Source: Perna viridis
Lineage: Eukaryota
Assembly (NCBI GenBank): GCA_037379345.1
Contig: CM074514.1
Location: forward strand, 46,624,001-46,688,000
Length of the DNA: 64,000 bases
Direction of reading: 5' to 3'
The translations under genes and the position numbers were made by a program. Numbering within the stretch: the stretch's first letter is position 1; every line of letters begins with the position of its first letter. Under the pieces are notes generated by a model. That model was not told the origin of the DNA. It did no database searches and saw only the letters and a program-made list of their open reading frames with translations. Below are positions 26,580 to 39,032 of this stretch, in pieces.

Positions 26580-27176
26580 ACTACCCAAAAGATCTTGTGA
26601 TAAAGGACACTGCATTTACCCAGAAGTCGGCCTCATGTCTTGACCTACACTTAAAGCGATTGAAAGGAAAACTCATGACCAAAGTATACGACAAACACGA
26701 TAACTTCTCATTACGTATTGTCACATTTCCTTTCAAATGTGGCAATATCCCTTCAGCACCTGCGGATGGAGCAGGGTTATGTTGCTACAAGATTGAAGTC
26801 ATCACTACAAAAGTTTTATAGTCGTCATCATGAACTCGTGGATCGTTACGGTGTATCCATCTGCGCCATGAAAACTGATTTGCTCAACGTGTCGTAGTTT
26901 TCCTTTCTTCTTTCGTCTACCCCGGATTTGATTTTATTATGAACAACTCAGCGGGTGTTTCTAGAAAAGCGGAGGTTGCTTACCCTACCGGTGCACCCGG
27001 TCCATGCTCCCAGTTTTAGTTGAGTCCGAGTTGCTCATTTGCTTTTGTTACTTTGTATGTATGATTTTAGTTACTTAATGTTCTTTGTTGTGTATGTCTG
27101 TTTTAATGTCTGGTCTTTGTCCCTGGATTACATCTTCTGATTACCGCTATAACCTTGGTTCCGTTGATTACTCTTT
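26580..27176 (+). mobile_element. Penelope-like element 3' fragment
   Basis: IKDT..KSASCLDL...YDKHDNFSLRIVTFPF..NIPSAPA plus a complete 3' tail ending gattactcttt. Confidence 0.85.
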
Positions 27177-28489
27177 AAAAAGGAATCCAGTTTGAATGTA
27201 ACTATGGTATACATCATATTCGCACAAACTGTATTTTTTCTTCTTAAATTGCTTCATAATCGAAATAATACATGTTCGTGAAAATTGATTGTCATCAGAA
27301 CAGTGGATCGTTATGGTGTATCCAATTGCCTATACCAATCAGGACAATTCCAACTTAGTTTTTATGTTGATATTGCCATTTGTAATATGGACTTCTTTTG
27401 GACTATTTTAACTATGTTTTTCATTCGTAATTCTTAAATTCAAAGAAGCTTTACATATACTTTAGATATTATTGATAGGTGTGTAATTATATTTTTAGTT
27501 TAATTAACTATGACGAACTAGCAGTTTATTACACATCAGACTCTGTGCGAAGTCAGTGTTACATATTGATATCAATGAACAACTTAATTTATTCATCTTT
27601 TAATTGAATCAACTAGGTTATTTTCATTTATACCTCAATTAACATGTTGCCATATCATCGTCTTTAACTGGCAAAACTAGTGATGATCTAATTAAGTGCA
27701 GTTGGCAAGGACAAAATAGCTATGAAGCCCAAAAATGTAATAAAGACGATTTTTGTCAAGCGATGGGAAATCATTGGACAAAACACGGTCGGGACCCCAT
27801 ACAGAAAACAGACAAAACATAAAAGAACTGAATTATGCGAAGAAACAAACATTACAAATTTTTAAAACCAGGTTATCTAAGGTTTTATGTTTAGTGTAAA
27901 AATACCGCAATGTTGCTCGTTAAAAGTCAGCTTATGTTGCCAGTGAAAAACATTTTATGACGGACGGAGATAATGTTCCCCAGTTATAAAAAAAATACTC
28001 TTTATAGCTGACAATATTGTATCAGATTATCGCGATAACCACGATAACCTTAACCAATAGGCAGCATTTGTGTAGTTTAATGAATCCGGTCGAAAAAGTT
28101 GCTGTATTGGTTGCCATTTTTTGAAGCATCTTGAACCTTGGTATACAGAAACAGTTCAAACCGTAAAATCAAAGTTGTCATACATGTCATAGAATTATGT
28201 TGAAAGTTTTTTGTGTTGATCTGTAGCAGATAGAAAGTGATAAATTTCTGCGCTCCTTTAGAATCCTTAATTTAAAGCCGTGTGTGGTATATATGAGATC
28301 ATTTTTCTCATTTGATCAGGAATTATTGACAAAACGAAGCCTCCTAAAGGCTCTCCTAAGAAAGAAATATTTATTATATAGGCGATTACTTTAACAAAGA
28401 ATGAAGACACCATTCTTCAATTCATGAAACAACAACAGATGATTATACAGATTTAAGGCCTGTAATTTTGCCCGAAGAAAGCGACATAC

Positions 28490-28535
28490 CTTAATAAAGA
28501 TTGACCTGTGCACCATGAATTTCCAGTGTTATTAT
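28490..28535 (-). CDS. Host gene exon 2 (candidate): D-NNTGNSWCTGQSLL-S
   Basis: 46-nt open exon with acceptor ttttatttcatggaag| and donor AAG|GTATGT. Phase 1->2 bridges exon 1 and exon 3. Confidence 0.45.
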
Positions 28536-29116
28536 CTTCCATGAAATAAAATTATTTTTAAAAAGTTTATATTTGATAGAGAATCAGAATTTTGAATGTC
28601 GAGAATCAATTAAAAAACGATGTTTATATAAAAATACATTTAATTTCTTCACAAACGATAGTTAAAATTAAAAATCTAGAACAAAGAACAACGAAATTGA
28701 ATGTACTGTTTCAAGAAAACCACCTTTAGATTACATTCATAGCTGTTGCAAAAATGTAGCTGGCATGATTAAAATATCATTGGAAATTGTAATTAGAGCA
28801 TTCAGCGTGTTTTTGTTGAATTACGTCTCATGATTGAATAATTAAGGTTGAAGTATAAGTGTAAGAGCTGAGAGGAGAAGTATAGAATAAAAACAAATGA
28901 GGATATTTTGGTAACATGTTCAATGAACTTTAAATGAAATGTACTGCCATAATGGTATGGATTAAGGTTTGAATTGACAAATGAAGCCCCCCAAAACAAT
29001 GATTTTTCAGTGTAACCTCCTTCAGAAAAGCCACTGTGTAAACCGTTTATGAATATCCAAAATGTAAGCAACTAGTACGTACACAGATTATTGGTCAATC
29101 ACTGCTGTGACAAAAT

Positions 29117-29425
29117 TATCAAGGGAACCAATATATTAGCGGAAATCAAAAAGAACATATTTCAGGGACCGGTACAAACTTGGTGCATTGGTCAGGTGCA
29201 CAAGGAGGGTAAGCGACCACATCTGAGTAGTTGCTCATGAAATGTTACGTCTAAGGTAGACAAAAGAGGAAATGAAAACTTCGACACAATGAACAAATTG
29301 GTTCTCATGGAGAAGACGGATACTTTATAACGATTGAGATCCACGAGTTCATAAAGATAACCATAAAACTTATGACTTGATGACTTTAATCTTTTGACAA
29401 TATATCCCTGTTTTATAATAGGTTT
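29117..29425 (-). mobile_element. Penelope-like 3' fragment with deletions
   Basis: QGYIVKRLKSSSHKFYG..ELVD matches the ORF C-terminus, followed by tail remnants. Confidence 0.7.
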
Positions 29426-32400
29426 TGTTCCGATTACGAAGCAATTGGAAGAAAACATAATATAGTTTTGTTCGAACATGATGTCGCATGATGCATTAAA
29501 ACCGATTGTAATTGAAAACAAACGGGTTTCTTTTTTAAACAACGTAATGTGTCTAATATAGCACTAAATATACCCATTTTGTCATAATATATTGAAAGGT
29601 AGAAATAAATTAATGTCGCACCGAACAATTCATTCCCAAAAGCCTACATAATGTGCCTATGAAAATTTAAATGTGTATAATCACAATGCTGTGTAGAGAC
29701 TGTAGATGTGTAATTAGGACTACACAACCCAGACAATCGCTTTCACAAAAAAAAAAACAAGATCAGACAATCGCTTTCACACAAAAAACTCCGTATTATT
29801 TTTATTTGTGTTTTTTCGAGTCATTACACAGATATTGTCTGTGTGATTTGAGAAAGATGAAGAAAAAAGAAAAAAAAATTGTCAACATTTTATTACCTTT
29901 CAAAATGCAAAATACTTTTAATGATCCTTTGAAGTCATTTACTATTTATATATACTTGAACAATCTGTTCGCATTATATCGTGTTTTTAATAATTTGGTG
30001 GCGGAAAGTATTTTTACAATCGTGTATCTCTAATTTGATAGTTTACCATGATGTGTAAATCAAACGTGGCTTTCCTTTGAACGCTTTCATAATCATAGAG
30101 AGTATTTCTTAAAAAGGTAAACATGCAAACTATCATATTTCATAATAAAAACAAAACAATACAAATCTTTATAACAGCAGCATGTAAAACATTATTTCAT
30201 AAACGTATTTATAGCCACTAATTATTATCTTATCAACTCTGCTTATTTTTTGTTATATTCATCTTTTATATCGTAGCGTGGCTATACAATACTTGAAATC
30301 ATTACTGTATAGAAAACTTCGCGTTTATAAGAATTTAGTTCAGTGAAATTCGTTTGACAACTCCAATTAACCGGAAACCTGCCTTAAGAAATTATCTTTT
30401 GTAAACCTTGATCCATTTCAGTGTCAATGCGTTTGTACATTTCTTATGTTAATACCTGCGTAAACTGAATAAATTATTCAGTCCAAATGAGCTTTGGTTA
30501 GAATATTTTACTATAAAAATCACGTTTATGTGTTAAACTCCTGATAAATGAAATACATACGAGTATATCGAAATGGGTTTTAGCCATTATCAGAAATAAA
30601 CCGAAATATTGAAATCTACTGTGTTAAAAGATTTTTAATCCGAAATAGGATTCATGAATTATGTTTAATTTTATCGCTTGAATAATTTAAAAGAGTAATC
30701 AAGGGAACCAAGATTCAAAAAGCTTGTATTGTATTGGTTTACCCATCGCGTGTACCTTTGTTGCTTGTTTGTGATGTTTGTACTCTTATTGAATTTAGCG
30801 CAGTATTTAAATCGCACTTACACGAACTGGCCACAGTTGGACATGTTTTATTCAGCATGTTATCAAGCATAGACATTTTACAAAGTATATCAAAAATTTC
30901 AACTGTCTGACATGTCGTAAATGTACGAAACAGTTCATGTCATACATATAAGAAAAATAAAACTTGCAGTAAGAATTATAGCTTTGACACTGTTTGATAA
31001 TATAATTTATGTAAAAGTACTGTTGTTTCATTTATTTTCGTGTTTAGAGAAAAAAGACATTTCGTTGGATACTTCTATTCGTGGTTGGTTTGTAAATGTT
31101 TTTTTTTCTTGAAAATTGACGAATTTCTCTGCATTTCGGGTAAGTTTTCAATGAAGCAAGACAACTTTTCTCAAGATTTAAACGACATTTTTGTAAGGAT
31201 TTAAAACATTTACACATTATAAAGTTTTTGTGAACGCACGTTTTACCACGCTACCGTTAAACAGGCATTTCTAAAGTGATGTTATTTAAGTTACAATGGA
31301 ATATGTACAATACAACTGTCAAGAAATCAAGGCCGCCATTTTCATTTCCAAGACTACAAGTAAAAGTTTTGTTAAATCAAATTCGTGCAAATGAAAACTA
31401 CATGATCCATTGCTAGTTGAACAGTAAACGAAAAGTGGTAAAACCGGGGTATACTGAACGCAACGTTTAGGATATTGGCTTTCAGAGGAAAGACAAGAAA
31501 TGCCGCGAACAAATTTTAAATGTCATTCTTACGATTGATTTTTGGTTAAAAAGGCTATATGTTGCTACTCCGTTTAATAAACGATTAAGAATGACGGGGT
31601 GACAAAATGTCGACCACTCGATAAGCCCATCCCCCCTCGTGTCACTAGACCGAGACAGAGAATAAATTGAATAAATGTTCATCCACGTAAATAATTGTTA
31701 TGTTGGAAACTTTATTTTGTGGTCCAACACTATCCATGAAAATCACGAAAAAAGTACCAAACGGACGAAAATGTAAGACGAATAAAGTTTGGAAAAAATG
31801 AGAGAAATGGTTAAAACCCTATTACGTCTTCTGTGACTCAGTTTCATAAGTGACACCAAGCAAGCCAAAATAAATTGAGTTGTCTTGAATGATGTCTACT
31901 GCTACTGTGGTGACATAAATGATAATATTAGTATATATCTAAGCATCATTCCAAGTGAATATATTCCAATAAATTTGTGTCGCAATTGTAACTTAAGACA
32001 ATCCCCGTATGAATAATTGTATTAGACCAAAACTGCAAAATACACGGTAGGTGGAACAATTAAGAGAAACTCGCAATGAATTCTGCTGTATAGCAGAAAT
32101 ACAGAAAATTTGGTTTTAAGAGATTGTAAATACAAAAATACCAATCGTACCATTGCGATTTTCGATTTGTTATATTTTCGATATGTTGTACACGTGTTTC
32201 AAGGAGTAACTTCTCATTAGCTGCTTTAGATTCAAATATATAGGAAAATTTAAATTAAAACAAATGAAGTCTGCATCGCAAACAAAACAAATAATTTATC
32301 GGCAAAACCAACGCATCATAATAGTAAGAACTTAAGTTTAAATGCCTAAATCTGAAAGCAAGAAGCAGAGACCATTGACATGCACAATGTATGCAACACA

Positions 32401-32975
32401 TTAGCTAAGTCGAAATTACGACATACTATGCCGAAATAACAATATAGCTATGTAGAAATAACGACATAATATGTCAAAATAACGACATAGCTAAGTCGAA
32501 ATTACGACGTAGTTAAGTCGAAATTACAACATGATATTTTGCTATTACGAATTAATCGCGGGCAGGACTGTCGCGGGATTTCCGGAAAAGGAAGCAATGG
32601 CGACCGGTGGAAAGAAGAAAGGTATGTAAATGATATTTCGATATTTTTACGCGTTATTATGCCATTGCAGAATATTCATGTATGTATTATAATGATTATA
32701 GCATATCTCTAGATGATACTACTTATATCTTTATGTTATAAAATGTAGATTAGTTCGTTACCATACAGAGCATTTTTTATCCCCCAGTCGTTCTCTGAAA
32801 AACTACATTTCATGAAATTAGTCTGTGGCATGCGTTTATTTTCAACAAATTACATAACACATTGCTTTAAATGAGTTTTATTTGAAAGAAGCGTTTAGTA
32901 ATTGATAAAAACGTGCATAGATGTGGAGATATAATGTATTTGTGTAAGTATGGAACTTTCATATACTCTTAAACC
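32401..32975 (+). mobile_element. Truncated inverted copy of the IS3EU right (HECT-side) end, including duplicate micro-exon ATGGCGACCGGTGGAAAGAAGAAAG|gtatgt at 32598
   Basis: Near-identical to the reverse complement of ~47153-47740. The match stops exactly at the first base of the left TIR. Confidence 0.9.
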
Positions 32976-33011
32976 TACGGAAGCCGATTAAGGCCACTTA
33001 AATAATATATC

Positions 33012-33292
33012 ATGTCGCAATTACGACATCCTATGTCGATATTACGATATAACTATGTCGAAATTATGATATAAGTATGTCGAAATTACGATATAGTTAT
33101 GTCGAAATAACGATTTAACCATGTATGCCGAAATTACGATATAGTTATGTCGAAATAACGATTTAACCATGTATGCCGAAATTACGATATAGTTATGTTA
33201 AAATTAGACTTACATTGTCGAAATCACGACATCGGATTTCGAAATTGCAATACAGCTATGTCAAATTTACGATATGACCGTGTCGTAAATTC
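33012..33292 (+). repeat. Left subterminal array of ~21-23 bp quasi-palindromic units (TATGTCG-AAATTA-CGACATA type)
   Basis: Tandem units start about 35 bp inside the left TIR and include a ~49-bp higher-order duplication. Confidence 0.9.
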
Positions 33293-33347
33293 AACAGAAA
33301 GTTACAGCAATGATGTCATATCCGATTTGACTTCCGCCATCTCGATA

Positions 33348-35411
33348 ATAGCCGACGGTAAGTCCCAATATTTAATGTTAAAAGTTTTATTGCAAAGCGA
33401 TAAACTTAAAGAACGTTTAATAAGAAGCATGATTATTCACCAAGAGAAGAGAAAGACTTTGATGCTACTTATTTAATCGCAAAATACCAACTCACAACTA
33501 AACAAATGGCACATTGGTGGGATGATGCTAACAACTTTTATACATACACATCATTAAAAAAATATCAAGATATGGTTAGGATAATTGCGTGGGATATAGA
33601 AAAATTCAGTAAATAGTATCCAACTATGTAACCACAGAAGTATAAAATCATTTCGTTGAATTTCAGAAATGTAATGTACAGAAGTAGAGTATTTTTTTAT
33701 TCTACAATTGTGCGATGAACATTTTGTAATTCTGATTTATTGTCTCTTTTTATTTCTTTGTATAGCTGTGAACAGGGAACAGATATGCAAGTTTTATTTT
33801 AGACTTGGTTTTGAATACAAAACCATTTTAAGATTGCTTTTAGAAGTTCATGAAATCTTTATTAGTATGAGAACACTAAAAAGAAATCTAAAGAGGGCAA
33901 CTTTAAGTCGTAGAAAATCAAATACTGATGTTTTGCAAGCAGCACTTTTCATCCAGGATAAAGTTCAATTATCAGGAGGACACCAAGGTTATCGATGGAT
34001 GCATCTTCAATGTATTCAGAGTGGCATTGATATATCTAGAGATACCGTGCAATTGATGATGCAGATAATTGATCCTACTGGAATTGAAGCTCGGCTAAGA
34101 AAACGGCTAAGAAGACGGCAATATTTTGCAAGGGGACCCGACTTTCTCTGGCATCTCGATTCTTACGACAAGTTAAAAAGATATGGACTGTGCATTAACG
34201 GCTGTATCGATGGGTTCTCCAGGCAGGTAATTTGGTTACACGCTTAAACAACCAGCAGTAATCCACGAGTAGTTGCAGGCTACTATATGGAAGCATTTGA
34301 TTCCAGAAAAGGGTGCCCAAACCATGTGCGAGGCGACCTAGGCACAGAAAACGGACATGTAGCAGAAATGCACAATTTTTTGAGAGAGGAAAAATCATTG
34401 ATTTATGGCAGAAATACGGCAAATCAAAGAATGAAATATTCTGGAATATTTTGAGAAAACAATGTTGCCAGATTTGGATTGATAAATTAGGAGCCTTAGC
34501 AGATGAGGGTCTTTTTGACTTTGGAATTCTAGACAGAAATATATTACAGTTTTGCTGCTTGTCCCTTCTTCTGGTGAGCTAACTTTCAAATTTTTTTTTA
34601 GTTTGGCAACAGGTAACTAGCAAAGCATATGAGTAACGAATATTTCTTGTTTTGTACAAAATTAATATGTTTATTTCGTCCTATTTTGCAAGCGAAATTT
34701 TCATGATTAAACAGGAAAATGGAGACTTATTTTCGCCGCCAGAGCAAATACGTAAAAGTTAATGCTCAGAATAGGATTAGAATAAGTATAGGTCTAGGGG
34801 TTGGAATTAATATAAGAGTATGTAAGAGAGGGTTAATGGTCAAAGTGCAAGCTTCTTTCGGTATTTGATAAGGAACCAAATGATAATAGATTGAATATGA
34901 CTCGTCCAATAATAGTATTTGATACCATTTGCAAGGTTGAATAGGGTTTTTTGTTACTTTTGCCTTTTTATTTGTCTTTCACTTAGCCATTTAATATTGA
35001 CAGTTCGAAGTAAAGTTAGAGCATCATTTTGGACAGTAGATGTACATTCATATGTGTATTTAATAAATGTTAATTTAACATTACAGGCAGATTTGGACAA
35101 TACAATGACCACATGGAACACACATCGCATTCGCCCTACCAAAAATCAAAATTGTCCTCACGGACGTCCAATGGTCATGTACATGCTTCCTGTCTCCTGT
35201 GGGACTCGATGGTATCTATTTGAAGTTGAACAAGCTAAAATAGATATCTGTAAAACATTGCATTTTTCGCGAACAGAGATTTTGTGATGAAGATATCTTA
35301 GAGCTCTGCCTTATTTACATGGAAGAGAACAACTGGACTTTGCCAGCAACAATCGACGAAGCCTTACTTCTGTACTCAAACCTTAGGAATTGCTTTCTAC
35401 ATGACTTGTAA
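33348..35411 (+). pseudogene. IS3EU DDE transposase (integrase-core type), 3 exons, disabled
   Basis: Exons are 33348-33357 (ATA GCC GAC G|gtaagt, probable ATG->ATA), 33766-34573 and 35087-35411. Catalytic-type motifs are WHLDSYDKLKRYGLCINGCIDGFSR, RGDLGTEN, NQR(I)E and WNTHRIR. There is a premature TAA at 34245-34247 and frameshifts near 34431 and 35255. Confidence 0.9.
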
Positions 35412-35499
35412 TCAATGCAATTATAAAAGATTATTTGATGATCTGATATATATGCCGTTTTGTTCTCATCTTAGGTCAAATTGCTTCCTTTTATTCTCT

Positions 35500-36770
35500 A
35501 TGCATAGTGTAACGAAAATGGGATGCCAAAAGTCTGCTTCCGCCGTCTGTCCGTCATTCACACTTTCTTCTTAACACATGGTTTTAGAGACCTTGTTCAA
35601 ATTAATTTTGCGCGATTGTTAGTAATACTAGATTTGATCGCAGCTTCAATTTAATTGTGGGGGTAATAATAGGACTTTACTCTTCGTTACAAAATCAGTC
35701 AATCTGATTTCAATTATGCCATTGGCATTTTAAATTTTATGAAAAGCAAAAGATGTCAAATAAAGCTAGATTTGTTGAATTTATACGACCGGAGAAAACA
35801 ATCGGTCCTATTACGCAAAGAGGAGGTTGTCGTCCTTGTAGTTGGTTTTTTCCATGCGATAACTTTATATGTAGTTAACTAAATGAAATTTTGATATATT
35901 GTTTATTGCTTCTAGCGGTAGCTGTCTATTTTATTGGTCACTGCCCCCTACCGTTCTACATTTGCAAAAAGGGGGGACAAAAGGGGTAAATTAGGTCTTT
36001 ATTTAAAATGATGTAGAAGGTTTAATTTGTATTCAATTTTAACGATTCTTTTTTAGTACGTTTCTTATAAAATTCTGTGTTGTGAGTTTTGACAAATTTA
36101 AAATACCGTTTGACATTTTAGTCTACAGGAGGCCTGAATGGAGCCACACCCTAAAAATCACTTTCTTCATTTTCGGTAATTTTTTAGGGTATCCTGCACA
36201 AAATGGCCGTTTGGATTTTGATCCGTTAAAATCATGTCCCCGTTACTAAAAACATACATATGGGTCAGAGAGCAGTTGTTTTACATGTATCTAAAAAACC
36301 GTTAAGTTCAATCAACCTCTGACGGAGTAAAAGTGTTCAACGTGAGTTCTATCTGTGGTCTAATTGTAGTGAAAATATGTTGACCCATGTTGGAATTATC
36401 TTTTTTGGACGTTTTTCTTTGCTGTTTTTTTTATGTTATTACTTTCAAAAATCTTCTCCTCAGAAACAACTTCCAAGACTTCAATGAAAGTATGTATGAT
36501 TGTTTCTTAGGGTATCTTGCACAAAATGACAGTTTGGATTTTTGAGTTGTGAAAATACATGGCCGCTGTTACTTCGAATAGCACATAGGGGTCAAAATAC
36601 ATATTTTTTTGCAAATAACCCAAAAACAAATGAATTATGCAAAATTCTGATGGAGGGTAATATTGTTCACCTTCAGAACACGGGCCGAACATGGCCGTCG
36701 TAACGAAGAACTGAACATAGGGGTCAAAATCCTTTTTTTGACATTTTTTTTCTTCGTGCAACTGTAGAAG
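35500..36770. mobile_element. Cluster of Helentron-like non-autonomous repeat fragments
   Basis: Three degenerate catggccg..gttact..aa...cataggggtcaaa units and a ccgtctgtccgtc microsatellite. Boundaries are approximate. Confidence 0.5.
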
Positions 36771-36828
36771 AATAATAAAGATGAAAGCTACTGATGAAAA
36801 CTATATTCTGAGTTAACAGGCAGTATTG

Positions 36829-38172
36829 AAAGAGTAATCAAAAGAACCAAAGTTATAGCGGTAATCAACAGAATGTAATCCAGAGACAAATACCAGACAT
36901 GGAAAACAGACACACACCACAAAGAACATAAAGTAACTAAAATCATACATACAAAGTAACAAAAGCAAATGAGCAACTCGCAGGTGATGTAGGGATGTTG
37001 CCACAGATGAAAGGAAAGTTGACAATTCTGAATGAAAAGTCACCAGGTTTGTTGTAGAGTTTGGTCAATAGTTTTCCTTTACCATCAATTTCCAAGTGTA
37101 GGTCAAGATATGAGGCTGACCTCACAGTGTCTGTAGTATCCTTTATTTCAAGTTCTTTGGGGTAGATGCGATGTATCAAATCCCCGAAATTAGGATTGTT
37201 TAAAGATAATACGTCATCTATATATCGGAAACTGAGATTAAAGGATCTAGCTAAACGATAGTCTTCCTTTCGTATCGGATCAGCTATAAAGTCAGTCACA
37301 TAAGAGTAAAGAAATAGGTCAGCAAGTAGAGAAGCATAATTTGTTCCCATTGGAATGCCCACCGTTTGTTGAAAAACGCGTCCACCACACTGGACAAATA
37401 TGTTGTCGATTAAAAATTACAGCATTTGTAAATATTTTCTTCTGCATATTTGGAAGATGATTTAGAATTATTTTTCATAAAGTATGAGGAATCTCAACCA
37501 AGAACCATATATTTGTATCTAGGTGTACCATCTTTTTTGGAAAAACATCGATGTATAATGTTTTTAGTAGGGATTTTAAATTAGTATGGGGAATAGAAGT
37601 ATACAGTGTTGAAAAATAATAGATTTTAAAGCTGTTATATTCTGATAATAGTCTTGAACTGATTGTCTCTAAAAGATCTTCCGATTTTTTCAGGATCCAC
37701 ATTAAATTGATAAGATACGGGAGTAACAAGTGTTCTGGTAGGACTGCAGACCCTCTTTGACAGTTGCAGAGTATAGAAGTTAAATACTGATGTAGCATTG
37801 GCACTCATTGGCCTACTTAAAACTTTTATTCGTTTCACAATTAAAGATTTAGACCTCACGGCCTTAAACCACTCTGACAGTGTTCTAATCAGTATCTTCA
37901 CGTTCTCGTTTTATCCATTTTCTTGTGTAGTCCTCCACGGCATCCATAAAAACTTTAAAAAGTTCTGATTCCAATTTAGGGACCGTGGGTCACGGTACTT
38001 GGGACCTTTAGAAAGGATATTACGCAGAATCGTTTTCGATGATGGCTAAATCTCCCGGAACGACGTGACTCAAAGGACCATATTTGAATGGAGAGTTTTT
38101 GCAAGAACAGTCAGGTGTTTTACCCTTGAAGTCCTCAATCTCGAGGTTCAACAATAGCCTTTTATAATTGAA
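36829..38172 (-). mobile_element. Penelope-like retroelement (probably Naiad-type) RT fragment with 3' tail, nested between the two IS3EU genes
   Basis: CSCKNSPFKY...KGPKYR, FSTLYTSIPH, GIPMGTNYASLLADLFLYSY, FRYIDDVLSLNN and SASYLDL motifs, with an internal deletion before the tail. Clade assignment is from memory of the family. Confidence 0.85.
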
Positions 38173-38495
38173 ATCACTTCAAAAATGCGGTGGTGTCAAA
38201 ATATTTTGGCGAGAACACAACCCTCTCACTGTAAAATCTAATCACTGTGGAAAAATGTTACACAAATAAACGAACTTAAATCAGTTCAAAAACGCCAGAA
38301 TCCCTTGTTAAAACAGTTTCATCTCTTTATACGGGAAACAAACGTACAAGAAAAGGACTACTAGCAGTTAACTAACATGCTAGCTCCAGACCAGTTTAAA
38401 CCCGCAAAGAGTCATACCCTCACCGTATGTAATATCAATCCCAATTCTTCCAATGCGGGTGGTGAATCACGGTACATCTTCAGTCCATACATAGG

Positions 38496-38648
38496 AGCTC
38501 ATTTACTGGTGTTACTTTGTATGTATTATTTTTGTCACATCATCTTCTTTGTTGTGTTTCTCTGTTTTCCATTCCTTGTCTTTGTCCTTGGATTACATTC
38601 TTTTGATTTCCGCTAGAATCTTGGTTGCCTTGCAATTGATTACTCTTT
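38496..38648 (+). mobile_element. Penelope-like 3' tail fragment
   Basis: gctcatttact...ggattacattcttttgatttccgctag block. Confidence 0.7.
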
Positions 38649-38946
38649 TTTGAAATTTAAAACTCTGTTAGAAATACGAGCAAATCTAACTAATTGTGAT
38701 ATGTAAACACCATATAATATATAACAGGATGGTTAGAACTGGACGTCACCATCTAAAAACGGTAGTTGACAAAAGATGGTACAGAAAATAAACAGTAAAC
38801 ACAGAAATATGCCTTGCCTGTTACACATGTTCAGTCGGATATGACTGCGGTCATATACATATAAAAGCCATAAATGGAGAACAACATAATCCTAATGCAC
38901 GCCTATTATCATCGTCCTAGAAGGACTAACAGATAATGTAAATTTG

Positions 38947-38947
<1 letters not shown>

Positions 38948-38980
<33 letters not shown>

Positions 38981-39032
38981 AGGACTGACGAACAAAACTG
39001 GCATACCCCGAACTTCAGTTTAGGGGTATAAA
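38948..39032 (+). repeat. (GACA)n microsatellite followed by atacccc...ggggtat hairpin (Helentron-like end)
   Basis: Visible directly. Same end structure as in 42240-43170. Confidence 0.65.

Noticed and set aside
33708-34582. Bacterial IS3/IS481 element from contamination or recent horizontal transfer
   Set aside because: The gene has GT-AG introns and lies among metazoan repeats, which fits eukaryotic IS3EU.
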